63,574 bases of DNA from a virus (IMGVR_UViG_3300048672_000387:1-63574); one strand, 5' to 3'. Shown: positions 31,073 to 41,670, counted from the stretch's first letter. Made by a program: numbers and translations. Notes: a model not told the origin generated them from the letters alone.

Positions 31073-31491
31073 TTTATTTCTATTGTTATTTTTTCTTTAG
31101 TTTTACTAAGAATATCCATTAATTTAGCAAATGCCATTTTAGATCCTCCAATAAAATCTTTACCTTTAGATTCTCCTACAAGAACACAGCCATGTGTATC
31201 TTCTGAAGTATTTCCATTATGGATACGAATGCCTTCAAAACCAGGTACATTATTTAATAAAGGCATTACAATTTTAAATCTATTAGACATTGTAAGTGTA
31301 ACAGGATATACTCCTTTAGGAATAGCTGTTTTACCATAAACTTTTTGTTCACCGGCATCATTTAAATCTCCATCCTTGTTTTTATCTCTATCAACATCTT
31401 CAAGAGTATAGCAAAAAAATCTACCTCCTATGTACATTTTACCAATAGTACTTTTATCAGTAAATGTTTCTCTAATTACTTGTATATTCAT
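31069..31491 (-). CDS. DUF5675-family putative endolysin (L,D-transpeptidase-like fold)
   Basis: STIG..CYTLED, TAIPKG and GIRIHNGN..DTHGCVLVG motifs. Confidence 0.8.
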   Translation of the reverse strand: MNIQVIRETFTDKSTIGKMYIGGRFFCYTLEDVDRDKNKDGDLNDAGEQKVYGKTAIPKGVYPVTLTMSNRFKIVMPLLNNVPGFEGIRIHNGNTSEDTHGCVLVGESKGKDFIGGSKMAFAKLMDILSKTKEKITIEIK

Positions 31492-31492
31492 A

Positions 31493-33904
31493 TTATGTGT
31501 TATTAATTGTTGTATTCCAAAAAGCTGCTTGTGTTAAAGACCCTGTTTTATTAGGGTGCAATCCATCACTTGTGTCAGTAACGGGATTAAATCCTGGCAT
31601 TGTACTTTGATTAACTAAAGTAAATCCATATTGAGCAACCATTTCTTGTATGGCTTGATTGTTTAAAGCGTATTGAGCAGTAGTAAAATCAGTTCTAGGT
31701 AAAACATTACCAACAAATACCTTAGCATTAGGGTAAGTATTTTGAATAGTCCAAAAACACCACCTAATAGCTTCATAATAAACTGTTTTATCTAAACTAG
31801 CTAAAGTTGGTTTAGCCATAGCACTAGCAAAAGTTCCTAAAGTATCTCCCGCAGTAATAGCACCATCGTTTGTTCCCGCATTTATAAAAATAACGTCTGC
31901 TGTTAGGTTATTAGCAATTGCTGTTGTTATCTGAAAGTCTATTTTTTGAACATCATTTATGCCACCAACATTTCTGTATCTAGCACCACTAGAAGCATAG
32001 TTTCTACTTGACCTATTTAGTTTTTGAAGACCTGTAATATATGTAGTCCAATTTAATCTATCGTCACCTATACTTTGAGGTAAATCAGGGGCAGTCCAAA
32101 AATCTGTTTCAGTAATTGAGTCGCCAAAAGCTAAAAACTTTTTATTCCAAAGTTTAGTGTCGTGTAAAGGGTAATCAGAATATTTGACAAGCGTTTCGGC
32201 ATAATTACTGTAAGATGTTTCGCTATAAAATTCTATTTGGGTACTTGTAGTGTCTATTGTTCCTGACGTTCTATATTCATATAATGATACTGTTACAAAT
32301 ACTGCATTTGAAGGGATAACCACTTGTTCATAAGTATCATCTTTTGAAAAACTATAATGTGAAATATATGTTTTACTTGCATCTAAAAAAGTAACTCTTC
32401 GACTAGCAGTTCCAGCATACACACTAAATCCACTTAAATAAATAAAAGCAGCATCTATTGGAATTTTTATATAATCTGTTACAGAGCTATTTGCTTGCGC
32501 TTGAAATCCTGTTCCATCATCGTATCTAAAACCTAATTTATAATTATATTTATCAAAATAGTTTTTAGTTGGTAATAACCCATATTTTTTAGTAGTAGCG
32601 TCAATCCAATAAGCATCTGTTTTAACATTATCAAATAATAATATTTTTCTAATATTAAAAGGTCTTCCTGCTGGATTACTATTACCTTGTCTTAAAAACG
32701 GTAAATTTCCTGTTACAAAACTTGTAGCAGATACAACTTTAATTCCATCTACAAAAACATCAGCTGTTGTTCCATTCCATACGATAGCTACTGTTGCGTT
32801 ATCAGTTAAAAATGTGTAAATTAAAGTACCTACGCCTCCTACATATTTATACAAACTAGCTCTTTGAGAACCCCCTCCTTGTCTAAACAAAAAAGAATTT
32901 CCACTAGTTCCACTAGAAGCACTTGTTCCTAAATAAGGAGCAGATAAATTATTGGCTGACATTGAAGCAATGTTATTAACTAATTCAATAACCATAGCAC
33001 CTTGACCTGTAGCTCCTGTATTATTACCAGTAAAAAAATCTCCGGCTTTATTTACTGCAACTGTTGTGGTCGGAATGTAGCTTACTAAATAAGAACCGTC
33101 AGTAATTTGTAGTGCTGTAACTTCTATTGTTCCTGACCTATTAGAACTCCATCTCAAAAAGCCCGTTGAGGCTACAGAAGCGCCACAAACTCCACTTGCT
33201 GAAACTCTAAAAATTCCATTAGCTATGTATTTAACAGTATAGCTTGAACTTGAACTTATCGCAGTTCCTCCTATATTAAAATATCCTTGTGCCGTAGAAG
33301 CTGTTCCAAACATAGGTAGTAAAGTTTCTCCATCAGTTATTTTTACAAAACAGCTAATATTATAAGTTTGTGTTGGAACTAAACCTGTAACATTTGTTGT
33401 GTAAATTAATGCTCCCGAAACTCCATTTACACTTGTTAAAGTACATTTATTAGTAAAGCCTAAATTCCAATCATTTGCAGCGAAAGTAGTATTGATACCA
33501 CCGCTACTAGGGTCACTAGGTGTAAAGTAGTTTGTAGCAGCGGGTTCAAATAAAGTAGTAGGTTCTTGTCCTACATAATCTATTCTACCAACATTTGCAG
33601 CCATTAGCTGAAATTGATTATTGGCATTAAATCTCATTGCGGGGTCGGTTCTACTAAAACCAAAATCTTGGCTTCCATCAGTAGGAACTTCGCAATACAA
33701 TTTATTGACTTTATAACTTGAAGAAAGATATACCAATATTGCGTCATTGGTATTTGTAAGGTCTTGCGTTAATAGATAGTTTTCTGCTTCAAACGTACCC
33801 CCGTCAGCAAGTACTCTTGCTTTAAAACTAGCAACCAAAGCTGCAACAGCAGATCTAATATACTGAAAATTAACTAATTTAAATCCTAATCCTAATTGTG
33901 GCAT
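31493..33904 (-). CDS. Tail fibre/spike with lectin-like region and C-terminal SGNH/GDSL esterase
   Basis: FGDSIT, AGTND and DGLHPN SGNH blocks; Ser/Thr/Gly-rich beta regions; visibly higher GC than flanks. Confidence 0.75.
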   Translation of the reverse strand: MPQLGLGFKLVNFQYIRSAVAALVASFKARVLADGGTFEAENYLLTQDLTNTNDAILVYLSSSYKVNKLYCEVPTDGSQDFGFSRTDPAMRFNANNQFQLMAANVGRIDYVGQEPTTLFEPAATNYFTPSDPSSGGINTTFAANDWNLGFTNKCTLTSVNGVSGALIYTTNVTGLVPTQTYNISCFVKITDGETLLPMFGTASTAQGYFNIGGTAISSSSSYTVKYIANGIFRVSASGVCGASVASTGFLRWSSNRSGTIEVTALQITDGSYLVSYIPTTTVAVNKAGDFFTGNNTGATGQGAMVIELVNNIASMSANNLSAPYLGTSASSGTSGNSFLFRQGGGSQRASLYKYVGGVGTLIYTFLTDNATVAIVWNGTTADVFVDGIKVVSATSFVTGNLPFLRQGNSNPAGRPFNIRKILLFDNVKTDAYWIDATTKKYGLLPTKNYFDKYNYKLGFRYDDGTGFQAQANSSVTDYIKIPIDAAFIYLSGFSVYAGTASRRVTFLDASKTYISHYSFSKDDTYEQVVIPSNAVFVTVSLYEYRTSGTIDTTSTQIEFYSETSYSNYAETLVKYSDYPLHDTKLWNKKFLAFGDSITETDFWTAPDLPQSIGDDRLNWTTYITGLQKLNRSSRNYASSGARYRNVGGINDVQKIDFQITTAIANNLTADVIFINAGTNDGAITAGDTLGTFASAMAKPTLASLDKTVYYEAIRWCFWTIQNTYPNAKVFVGNVLPRTDFTTAQYALNNQAIQEMVAQYGFTLVNQSTMPGFNPVTDTSDGLHPNKTGSLTQAAFWNTTINNT

Positions 33905-34200
33905 TATACTTTTTGAGTTATATTTCCATACATTCTAACATTACCTGATGTTAAAGTAATAGAAGTGATTTTACCATAAATAATTTTACCTTCAGCTTGA
34001 GTTAATGCCGACCAGCCAGTATCTACTGCTCCATCAATTGTTATTGATGCTATTACAGTATTACTAATCATTTGAACTGCCATCCAATCTCCATCTGTTT
34101 TAGTAGTATTATTAATATTAATATTTTTATTAGTGTTTCCACTAACTAATAAATAGTAATTTGATAATATTGTTTTTATTACGTTTAATATATATTCCAT
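33904..34200 (-). CDS. Small virion protein preceding the fibre gene
   Basis: IYGKITSITLTSG beta motif; coupled to the fibre gene. Confidence 0.55.
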   Translation of the reverse strand: MEYILNVIKTILSNYYLLVSGNTNKNININNTTKTDGDWMAVQMISNTVIASITIDGAVDTGWSALTQAEGKIIYGKITSITLTSGNVRMYGNITQKV

Positions 34201-34219
34201 TTTTTTTTTTTAATTTTTA

Positions 34220-34227
34220 CAAAGTTA
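34220..34227 (-). promoter_or_regulatory. Bacteroidetes -7 promoter element
   Basis: TAACTTTG upstream of ATG 34200. Confidence 0.55.
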
Positions 34228-34231
34228 ATTT

Positions 34232-34513
34232 TTATTTACAATAATTCAATGTTGTAGCAAGCAATGTATCAAATTGTTCTCTAGTAATTGAATTATATAT
34301 TCCATCATTAGATCCATCATCATTTTGATGCCAATCTTGAATTACTCTTTTAAATAAATACATTTTATAATACATACATAAATCAGTACAATTAATACCT
34401 AATCCATATTTATTATAAATTCTATTAGAGTATTTTAAACTTGCTTGGTCTAATTTATCTAATATATTATTTAATTGTTCAGTTGTATAGTTAGCATCCA
34501 CAATTATGTCCAC
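34232..34513 (-). CDS. Hypothetical structural protein (tail-hub position)
   Basis: ORF in the structural operon. Confidence 0.5.
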   Translation of the reverse strand: MDIIVDANYTTEQLNNILDKLDQASLKYSNRIYNKYGLGINCTDLCMYYKMYLFKRVIQDWHQNDDGSNDGIYNSITREQFDTLLATTLNYCK

Positions 34514-35276
34514 AATAAGTTGTTAATAAATCAAAAATTTGTTGAGCTTTAGTTGCATTACCTTCTTTACAATTAACAAACATTGCATCATAAAGTAAAT
34601 ATTTATTAACTAATTCACAATCAACATCTTCACATTCACAATTAGTAATATCAGCTACTTTATTGTCTAAACATTCTTTAATTTTTTTAGCAAAAACTGT
34701 ATAATTTGTTACTCCTATTCCTTGCCATACTCTATCTATACTTCCTATTTCAGTTAAATCATCTCCTGTAAAAGTAATAACACCTGTAGTAAAATTTATA
34801 TTAATAATTAAAACGTTAAATGATATAGCAAATTCATCAACTAATAATAATCTAGTGTTATTTTTAAAATATAATTTATCTGCTACATCAAATACTAAAG
34901 TATTATCTGCAAGATTATACGTTAAATTAGTTGGATTAGGATAATTAAAATAAGGTATATATTCTACTTTCCAAATTCCATCAGTAATAGTTTCATCTGT
35001 TAATAATCCTAAATCAGTATTTAAAATTGTTTTAGGAGTAGATAACATATTAAAAGCAGCAGTAGCATTTAATTCAAATAAAGTTTCAACAGCATCTGGA
35101 GATGTAACATAAATATTAGTTTGTTTAATATCTTTATTAATTGCACTAGCTTGTCTTTCACCTACAGGATCTTGATTAGCTCCATAACCAGTAATACCAG
35201 TTCCAGATATATCTTCTAATAAAATTGATTTCCAATTATAATTAGGAGTAAGTTTTGTTTTAGCTTTAAATGACAT
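34491..35276 (-). CDS. Putative tail hub/fibre-attachment protein (likely start MSFKAK at 35276)
   Basis: DGIWKVEY motif, Cys-rich C-terminus; synteny. Confidence 0.55.
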   Translation of the reverse strand: MSFKAKTKLTPNYNWKSILLEDISGTGITGYGANQDPVGERQASAINKDIKQTNIYVTSPDAVETLFELNATAAFNMLSTPKTILNTDLGLLTDETITDGIWKVEYIPYFNYPNPTNLTYNLADNTLVFDVADKLYFKNNTRLLLVDEFAISFNVLIININFTTGVITFTGDDLTEIGSIDRVWQGIGVTNYTVFAKKIKECLDNKVADITNCECEDVDCELVNKYLLYDAMFVNCKEGNATKAQQIFDLLTTYCGHNCGC

Positions 35277-35278
35277 AA

Positions 35279-35551
35279 TTACATTGTTGTGTGTGAAACT
35301 TTTCTCCAACCTGAACCATCGTAAAAACAAAGTACTTTTAAAGTAGTGTTCCAAACAGTTAAACTTTCTTGAGGATTTACAATAGCATTTATTTCAGTAG
35401 TAGTTAAACTAAGAAATGTAATATTATTTACAACTATTGTTGCAAACAAATCTGATAATTTAACATCAAATGAAGCTCCGTCTTTAAATATAGTAACAAA
35501 AGATTTATTTTTATCTTCTGTAGATAAAGTTGATAATATTGTATTATTCAT
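35279..35551 (-). CDS. Small virion protein with fibre-like C-terminal motif
   Basis: LTTTEINAIVNP..VWNTTLKVLCFYDGSGW motif. Confidence 0.55.
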   Translation of the reverse strand: MNNTILSTLSTEDKNKSFVTIFKDGASFDVKLSDLFATIVVNNITFLSLTTTEINAIVNPQESLTVWNTTLKVLCFYDGSGWRKVSHTTM

Positions 35552-35556
35552 GTGTA

Positions 35557-35564
35557 CAAAAGTA
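35557..35564 (-). promoter_or_regulatory. Bacteroidetes -7 promoter element
   Basis: TACTTTTG immediately upstream of ATG 35551, downstream of a terminator. Confidence 0.55.
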
Positions 35565-35580
35565 GTTAATATTATTAAAT

Positions 35581-35610
35581 AAAAAAAGAGGATATTTCTA
35601 TCCTCTTTTT
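35581..35610 (-). terminator. Intrinsic terminator
   Basis: Minus strand AAAAAGAGGATA-GAAA-TATCCTCTTTTTTT. Confidence 0.85.
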
Positions 35611-35634
35611 AAAAATTAAAATATAAATTAAAAA

Positions 35635-37029
35635 TTACCAGTTAGGGTAAGTAACTGATGGGAATGAACCACTAACAGTTCCTGAAGGCAATCCAGTTAA
35701 ACTGGCCAACATTGCAACTAAATTAGTCATTGTTTGAGCAGTAGTACCAGATTGATAATTGTTAATACAAATATCTACTGAACCAGCTTCTACTCTACCT
35801 TGACCTTGAGCAGATTTATCGGATACAGGATTTTCGTAATTTAAAGTTATAATAGTATAACCATTTACAGGTGAACTAGCACCAGTTCCTAAATTAGAAG
35901 CTGCATAAGTATCATTAGGTAAAGGCATCCAAATACGATTTTCTACACCTAAATCTCCTAAAGCTTGCATTTCTTTTTTAACTACTTCACTTACAGTTCC
36001 AGAACCATAAACCATTTGAGTTCCAGTTGTAATAGGAGTACCAGCTAAAGTATCCATTAAAGGAATGTTGATATAGTTATTTAATTTACCAGCAGCATAA
36101 GCATTAGTAGTAAAGTAAGAACCTATAACTTGTACATATAAACCTGATAAAGAACTTGAAGTTGGTAATACAGAAGCAGAAGCTCCTACTTTTAAATTAG
36201 CAATTGCTACACCAGTTGCAGTAGTTCCAACAAAAGGTCTAGTTAAAGTAATTGTTGCAACAGTACTATCATTAGTTACACTTGCAATTTGATAAATTGG
36301 ATTTGTAGCAGCAGAACCACCAACTCTAACCCAACATCCAGCAGCAGTACCAGCATTTAAAGCTAAATCAGCAGCACCAGCTGTAATTGTTAAAACAGGA
36401 CTTCCATTAGTAACAGCATAAGTTGGAGTTGTTCCAGCAGAATGAGGAGCAGTTGCTAAAGTAATATCACTTAATACATCAACAGTTGCAAATGTACCAC
36501 CATCAATTTGAGGAAATACAGTCAATTGTTGGTTTAAATCTTTAGCTAATTGATCAGCTACATAAACTGGATTGTTATTAACAGTTCCAATAGAAGATCT
36601 TAAAGTAAATTGAGAATAAGCTTTAGGATATGGAGGAGTTGTAGTCACCATATTTTCCAGCTTAATACCATAAGGTACATTAGATGTTCCTGAAGCAGCT
36701 AAAAAATTAATAGTGTTAACACCTGAACCTGTATAACCTACAAAAAACTTAGGTTGTACTGGAGCTACAAATGATTTAAACTCAATGTTTTTTACTGCAC
36801 CGGCTTTAATTACTGGAGTAATTCTAGGATTACGACCTGACGGTACACCCATTCCAATATAAAATGGAATAAGTCCTGGAGTTGCTGTGTCAATAATTGC
36901 AGCGTTAGTATTTGCATTATAGAAAGCCAATTGACCATCTGTTAACAAACTAGGGTTTGCTACGTTTGCTAATACTTGGGTAGACGAAACAGCAGCGGAC
37001 TGTTTGTTAATTAATACATGTTTTGCCAT
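35635..37029 (-). CDS. Putative auxiliary capsid/decoration protein
   Basis: 464 aa, Ala/Thr/Gly-rich, followed by its own terminator; position matches the crAss auxiliary capsid gene. Confidence 0.55.
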   Translation of the reverse strand: MAKHVLINKQSAAVSSTQVLANVANPSLLTDGQLAFYNANTNAAIIDTATPGLIPFYIGMGVPSGRNPRITPVIKAGAVKNIEFKSFVAPVQPKFFVGYTGSGVNTINFLAASGTSNVPYGIKLENMVTTTPPYPKAYSQFTLRSSIGTVNNNPVYVADQLAKDLNQQLTVFPQIDGGTFATVDVLSDITLATAPHSAGTTPTYAVTNGSPVLTITAGAADLALNAGTAAGCWVRVGGSAATNPIYQIASVTNDSTVATITLTRPFVGTTATGVAIANLKVGASASVLPTSSSLSGLYVQVIGSYFTTNAYAAGKLNNYINIPLMDTLAGTPITTGTQMVYGSGTVSEVVKKEMQALGDLGVENRIWMPLPNDTYAASNLGTGASSPVNGYTIITLNYENPVSDKSAQGQGRVEAGSVDICINNYQSGTTAQTMTNLVAMLASLTGLPSGTVSGSFPSVTYPNW

Positions 37030-37071
37030 GATTTTTTTTTGTTTTATTTATTGTTATTAAAAATTAAAAAT

Positions 37072-38169
37072 TTACTCTGTTGTTAAAACTGTTGTTTGAT
37101 GGGTTTGTTGCCTTTGAGCTTCAAATTCTTCTAAAAAATATTGAGCTGTCATACTAATAATTTCTTGATGAGTATGATCTGGTAAATCACAACTAACTTC
37201 TGCATAATAAGATACAGTTTTAGGTTTGCGAATATAAGTCATTTCTATTTCATTTACAACAAATTTATTTTTGTCGTAAAGTACATAGTAATAATTGTTT
37301 TCAAAAAATGCTAAAGGAAAATCCATAACAGTTTTATTAAATGGATCTGCTTGCATAGCATATACTGAATCATGTGTTACCATTTTATCTGAAGTTACAA
37401 TTTGTGTAAATTGTAATGGATAATAATCTTCTTCAATACCAACTAAATTTTCAAATGTTACCCATGTACTTCCATTAAAATATTCTAATAGTTTAGTATT
37501 TTGACCTTCTGGATCTGCATTATATATTACTAATAAATAATTATTATTAGTATAAATATAAAAATTTTCAAAATAAACAGGTTTAGGTATTCCAGTTAAA
37601 TTTAATATTTTATCATTTATTTCTTGAATTACTAATTCTTTAAATGTATCAAAATCTTCAGCAGTTAAAACATCTAATCCTGGTTTAGGACTAAATAAAA
37701 CATTTGTGTTAGGATTTTTAACTCTAATACTAAAAGTATCAAAATTAGTTACATTAGATAAATCCATTCCATATACATAATAAGTTAAAGTAGATTGTTG
37801 AGGAGCTATTGTTTTATCACAAGAATCTGCTGATGTTAAAACTCTAGTAGCTACTTTAAATCTATAATCTTCAGGAAGTACTAACAAAGCTCTTTTATCG
37901 TAATCAAATGAGTTTTGAAAATTAGTTCCTAATATAGCTTTATTTTTATATACAGTTACAAGAGATTTTAAATCATCAGTTCTTTTTTGTGATTGTTCAA
38001 AACCTTCTTGTTTTTTATTAGATTTATTAGCATACCTCTGGTTAATAAACATTTCAATGTTTTTATTAAAAGCCATGTCTATTTCTTGAGGTAACAAAAC
38101 ATCATAAAGAGCTGAATTTATTTTATTCAGCTCTTGTTGAAGTTGTATGTGCCATTCTTTAATTAGCAT
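37072..38169 (-). CDS. Conserved crAss structural (ring/neck) protein
   Basis: EIDMAFN, GFEQSQKRTDDL and YIRKP..CDLPDHTHQEII motifs. Confidence 0.75.
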   Translation of the reverse strand: MLIKEWHIQLQQELNKINSALYDVLLPQEIDMAFNKNIEMFINQRYANKSNKKQEGFEQSQKRTDDLKSLVTVYKNKAILGTNFQNSFDYDKRALLVLPEDYRFKVATRVLTSADSCDKTIAPQQSTLTYYVYGMDLSNVTNFDTFSIRVKNPNTNVLFSPKPGLDVLTAEDFDTFKELVIQEINDKILNLTGIPKPVYFENFYIYTNNNYLLVIYNADPEGQNTKLLEYFNGSTWVTFENLVGIEEDYYPLQFTQIVTSDKMVTHDSVYAMQADPFNKTVMDFPLAFFENNYYYVLYDKNKFVVNEIEMTYIRKPKTVSYYAEVSCDLPDHTHQEIISMTAQYFLEEFEAQRQQTHQTTVLTTE

Positions 38170-39028
38170 CTTTTACTTTTTTAGTTTTATTTACTTTATA
38201 ACCAAGATTTTCCATCTTAGATTTTAATTTAATATATTCGGTTTGATTTTTAGCAGATTTGAAAAAAGCAAGTGTTTCTTCTATTGAATCTCCTATTGGT
38301 TCAGTACCGTTTATAAATTTATTTCCTACTCTTGTTAATACTTGATAATCAACCATAGCTAATATTTCAGCTCTAAGTTCTAAATCTTTATCCATAGCCA
38401 TTTCTAAAAACAATTTAGGCATAGAAGTTAACATTCTATCTAGCACTAAAGTTTTTTCTTCAACAGGCAATGAAGTATATTTTGTAGTTTTATTACCTTC
38501 TCTTTGAGCAAATACTTGAAGTAAAGCATCAGTTAATATTTCTGAATCTTTAACTTTAAAATATTCTCTTTGAGCATTTTCTTTTTCTTTTAATGTTGCT
38601 AATTTTTTACTTAGCTCTTCATTTTCATCGTTAATGTAAAATGAATATCTTTGATCTTGCATCATTTCAGTTTTAGATTTTGCTACTAATCTATCAGCCA
38701 AAGCTCTTTTATAAATTAAAAAATCAATAGGAGCTTCAGGCATACCTGTTGTTGCACTTAATGAAATATTTAATTTAATACCATTTTTATCTACTGGTTT
38801 TGATAAATTATTATACCAAGTATTTACTTTATTAGCAAATTCTACATGTGATGCTGGTACACCTACTATTGAAGGAAGCCATTTTTCTTCTTCTTCAATT
38901 GAAATACCTTTTAATGGAATACCTGATGAAGTAATTCCAGCACTTAATTTTTTAATAGCTGCGTCTTTAATTTCTTGTGGAAGTTTAGCTGCTGATTCTC
39001 TTCTGTATATTGTTACAAATTTTGTCAT
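38159..39028 (-). CDS. Conserved crAss protein downstream of the major capsid gene
   Basis: Synteny; helical 289-aa ORF. Confidence 0.65.
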   Translation of the reverse strand: MTKFVTIYRRESAAKLPQEIKDAAIKKLSAGITSSGIPLKGISIEEEEKWLPSIVGVPASHVEFANKVNTWYNNLSKPVDKNGIKLNISLSATTGMPEAPIDFLIYKRALADRLVAKSKTEMMQDQRYSFYINDENEELSKKLATLKEKENAQREYFKVKDSEILTDALLQVFAQREGNKTTKYTSLPVEEKTLVLDRMLTSMPKLFLEMAMDKDLELRAEILAMVDYQVLTRVGNKFINGTEPIGDSIEETLAFFKSAKNQTEYIKLKSKMENLGYKVNKTKKVKDAN

Positions 39029-39055
39029 TTTATTTTTCTTTATTTCGTTTATTTT

Positions 39056-39088
39056 AAAAAAAGTAGAGGATTTTACTCCTCTACTTTT
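39056..39088 (-). terminator. Intrinsic terminator after the major capsid gene
   Basis: AAAAGTAGAGGA / TCCTCTACTTTT inverted repeat with a U tract. Confidence 0.8.
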
Positions 39089-39099
39089 ATATTATTTAA

Positions 39100-40533
39100 T
39101 TAGCTTAAATTACATTGTAAATCAATTGAAGTATTAAACCTTCTAAGTACAATACCAGAAGCTTTTAATAAGTGGATGCTTGAAGCATCTTTATCCGAAG
39201 CTCTAAAATCGTTACCTTTAAAATCAGATGGTAATTCATTGATACCAGCTACAACTCTACGAATCATTGCTCTGCCTTTTTTGTTAACCATAATTAAATT
39301 AGGTTTACCATTATAGGTTGAAGTATCTACAAACACCATACGATATGATTCTAATGGTAATCCTGAAATAGGATGTTTAGGGCTATTTAAAGCTTTAGGA
39401 CCATCATCAAACAAATTGATTTTTTTAATGGTAATTGTATGACCATCTATATGTTGATAAGTTGTGAAGAAACCACTTAACTCTAAGTTACGACCAGTTC
39501 CGTAAACAAATTTACCAGCATCTAATTTGATATAACCTCTACTAGAAACATCATCTTTCATAGCGTTATCAAATTCTTCACATCCACCTACACCTGTAAA
39601 TAAAGTAATAGATTTTTTAGAAGCATCTGACATACCATATAAAGCATCACGAACTACTTGTTTAATTTTTTGAGTAGTTAAAATACCATAAGTATCTTTA
39701 TTAGTAATTTGTTCTAACAAACCATCACCGATAGGAATAGCTACACCGTTTTTATCTTTAAGTGTTACAATACCTCTATCATCACGGTTATCTTTACCAT
39801 ACCAATAAAGCATTTCACATTCTAATTTAAATGCAATCATGTGCTGATACTCTTCAAAATCCCACCAATAATTAGTAGTACCTTTATCAGTTTGTACTTG
39901 CATTGTCATAGTACGTTCTACTGCATTACCTTCCCATGCGTAAGATTTACGAATAGTAGTAATTTGACCTCTCACCATACCTGGAGCAGCTGCAAAACTT
40001 TCATTACCTGTTGAACCATAAGAAGCAACTGGAGCAAAAGCTTGGCTAAATAATTGACCTGCAACTAATTCACTTAAAGGTACAAATTCAGAAGCATTAG
40101 TAGCTGCTAACATGAATGTGTATTCCCAGTTAGTACCACGTTGCACAGGTTCTTCACTTACACGAATTTGATAACCGTTTGGAGTAAAGATAATATAATC
40201 TTTAGCAAAACGTCTTTCAGAAAATACTAATTTAAAAGGAGTAAATCCAATACCAGGTTGTGTTGAAGCTGAATAAGTTTCAGCTAACATTACAGGTGAA
40301 TATAAACGACCTATAATATTGTACTCGTATTCATTACCTTCAATTTCCATAGTATTTTGCATACCTTCAGTTAAAAAAGATAATGGAAAACGCTCATCTT
40401 CCTGACCCATTAAGTATGTTAATACTGGAGTCAATTTTTCAGGTTTAAGTAACAACTGTCTTTGTAATGAGTTGTCGTTAGTTTTACCCTGTTCATTCCA
40501 GATTACATCTGGGGTTAGTTTAAAAACTGCCAT
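39100..40533 (-). CDS. Major capsid protein (crAss-type HK97 fold)
   Basis: 477 aa; GDGLLEQI, LFTGVGG..FDNA and HPISGLPLESYRMVF motifs; follows portal and scaffold. Confidence 0.9.
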   Translation of the reverse strand: MAVFKLTPDVIWNEQGKTNDNSLQRQLLLKPEKLTPVLTYLMGQEDERFPLSFLTEGMQNTMEIEGNEYEYNIIGRLYSPVMLAETYSASTQPGIGFTPFKLVFSERRFAKDYIIFTPNGYQIRVSEEPVQRGTNWEYTFMLAATNASEFVPLSELVAGQLFSQAFAPVASYGSTGNESFAAAPGMVRGQITTIRKSYAWEGNAVERTMTMQVQTDKGTTNYWWDFEEYQHMIAFKLECEMLYWYGKDNRDDRGIVTLKDKNGVAIPIGDGLLEQITNKDTYGILTTQKIKQVVRDALYGMSDASKKSITLFTGVGGCEEFDNAMKDDVSSRGYIKLDAGKFVYGTGRNLELSGFFTTYQHIDGHTITIKKINLFDDGPKALNSPKHPISGLPLESYRMVFVDTSTYNGKPNLIMVNKKGRAMIRRVVAGINELPSDFKGNDFRASDKDASSIHLLKASGIVLRRFNTSIDLQCNLS

Positions 40534-40562
40534 GTTTATTTATTATTTGTTTTAAAATTTAT

Positions 40563-41654
40563 TTATTTTTTAGCAAAAGTAATTTCTTCTTCATCCCAAC
40601 TATCATTATTAGAATTAGATCTTGGATCAGAAGATTTTAATTTTGATTTACCTGCTTCAAGTTTTTGTTTTAAACTTGATACAGTTTGTGTTTTAGCTGC
40701 TTGATTAATATACTTATCTAATTTAAAATCATTTTTTAACATAATTGCTAATTGGATTCTACCTTCAGGAGAACTCCACATTTCATTTAATTTATTAAGT
40801 GCTTCACCTTTAGCTATATAATCAAATGTTGCTTTTCTTTCATTTACAGGTATAGTAAAATTATTTATTTTACCTGATTCAATTGTGTTTTGCAATGTTT
40901 GATAATATTTTTTAGTTTGTTCTTTTCTAGCATCAGCATCAGCTTTTTCTTTTGCTATTATTTTTTTAGTTTCTTCTTTTTGAATTTTAACTAAATGTTC
41001 AATAGCATCTTCAGCTTCGTCTTTTAACATACCAGCAATTTCAAACTTATCTAATTTCTTAGCAATTTGTTCATCACTAAATCCATTCTTTTTATAAAAT
41101 GTTTTAAGAACTGATTTTTGTGTTGATTCTTCTTCTAAATTAACAGATTCAAAATCTATTTCAGGACTTTTACCTTTATAAAAATCATCTAATATTTTAT
41201 CCTGTTCTTCAATTGGTAGATCAGAAATCATATTTACTAAATCAAACATTTCTGCTGCTTTAGGATGTACACTTTGAAAATAGTTTTCAACCATTTGTTG
41301 AGCACCAATTTCTTGTTGCTTCTGAATGAAAGATACTAATCCTTCTTCAGTTTCTTCATACGACTCATCTTCACCAAATTCATAACCTAATTTAGCAGCT
41401 AATCCTGTTATTAATCCTTCTTCATCACCTTCTGGTTCTGGTTCTGGATCTTTAACTGGTTCTTTTGCCGGTTCAGGTTCTGGTTCTTTATCTTTTGGTT
41501 TAGGACCTCTTTTTTTAGGTTCTGGTTTGTCTGGTTCAGGATCCGGTGTTGGATTATCTAAATCAGGCGGTGTTTGAGGATCCAAAGTGTCTTCTACAAT
41601 TGGTGTTCCTCCTTCTAGGAAATCATCTCCTAAGTCTGTTCCATCTATTTTCAT
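40563..41654 (-). CDS. Putative scaffolding protein
   Basis: Acidic Pro/Glu-rich N-terminus and coiled coil; between portal and major capsid genes. Confidence 0.7.
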   Translation of the reverse strand: MKIDGTDLGDDFLEGGTPIVEDTLDPQTPPDLDNPTPDPEPDKPEPKKRGPKPKDKEPEPEPAKEPVKDPEPEPEGDEEGLITGLAAKLGYEFGEDESYEETEEGLVSFIQKQQEIGAQQMVENYFQSVHPKAAEMFDLVNMISDLPIEEQDKILDDFYKGKSPEIDFESVNLEEESTQKSVLKTFYKKNGFSDEQIAKKLDKFEIAGMLKDEAEDAIEHLVKIQKEETKKIIAKEKADADARKEQTKKYYQTLQNTIESGKINNFTIPVNERKATFDYIAKGEALNKLNEMWSSPEGRIQLAIMLKNDFKLDKYINQAAKTQTVSSLKQKLEAGKSKLKSSDPRSNSNNDSWDEEEITFAKK

Positions 41655-41662
41655 ATTCTATT

Positions 41663-41670
41663 CAAAATTA
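41663..41670 (-). promoter_or_regulatory. Bacteroidetes -7 promoter element
   Basis: TAATTTTG upstream of ATG 41654. Confidence 0.55.

Noticed and set aside
34201-34211. Poly-A tract (minus strand) before the fibre-associated gene as a phase-variation switch
   Set aside because: It is non-coding and typical of A-rich Bacteroidetes start regions; there is no evidence of length variation.
41430-41580. PEPEP/KEPEP-encoding repeats as a DNA repeat element
   Set aside because: Low-complexity linker within the scaffold-like protein.
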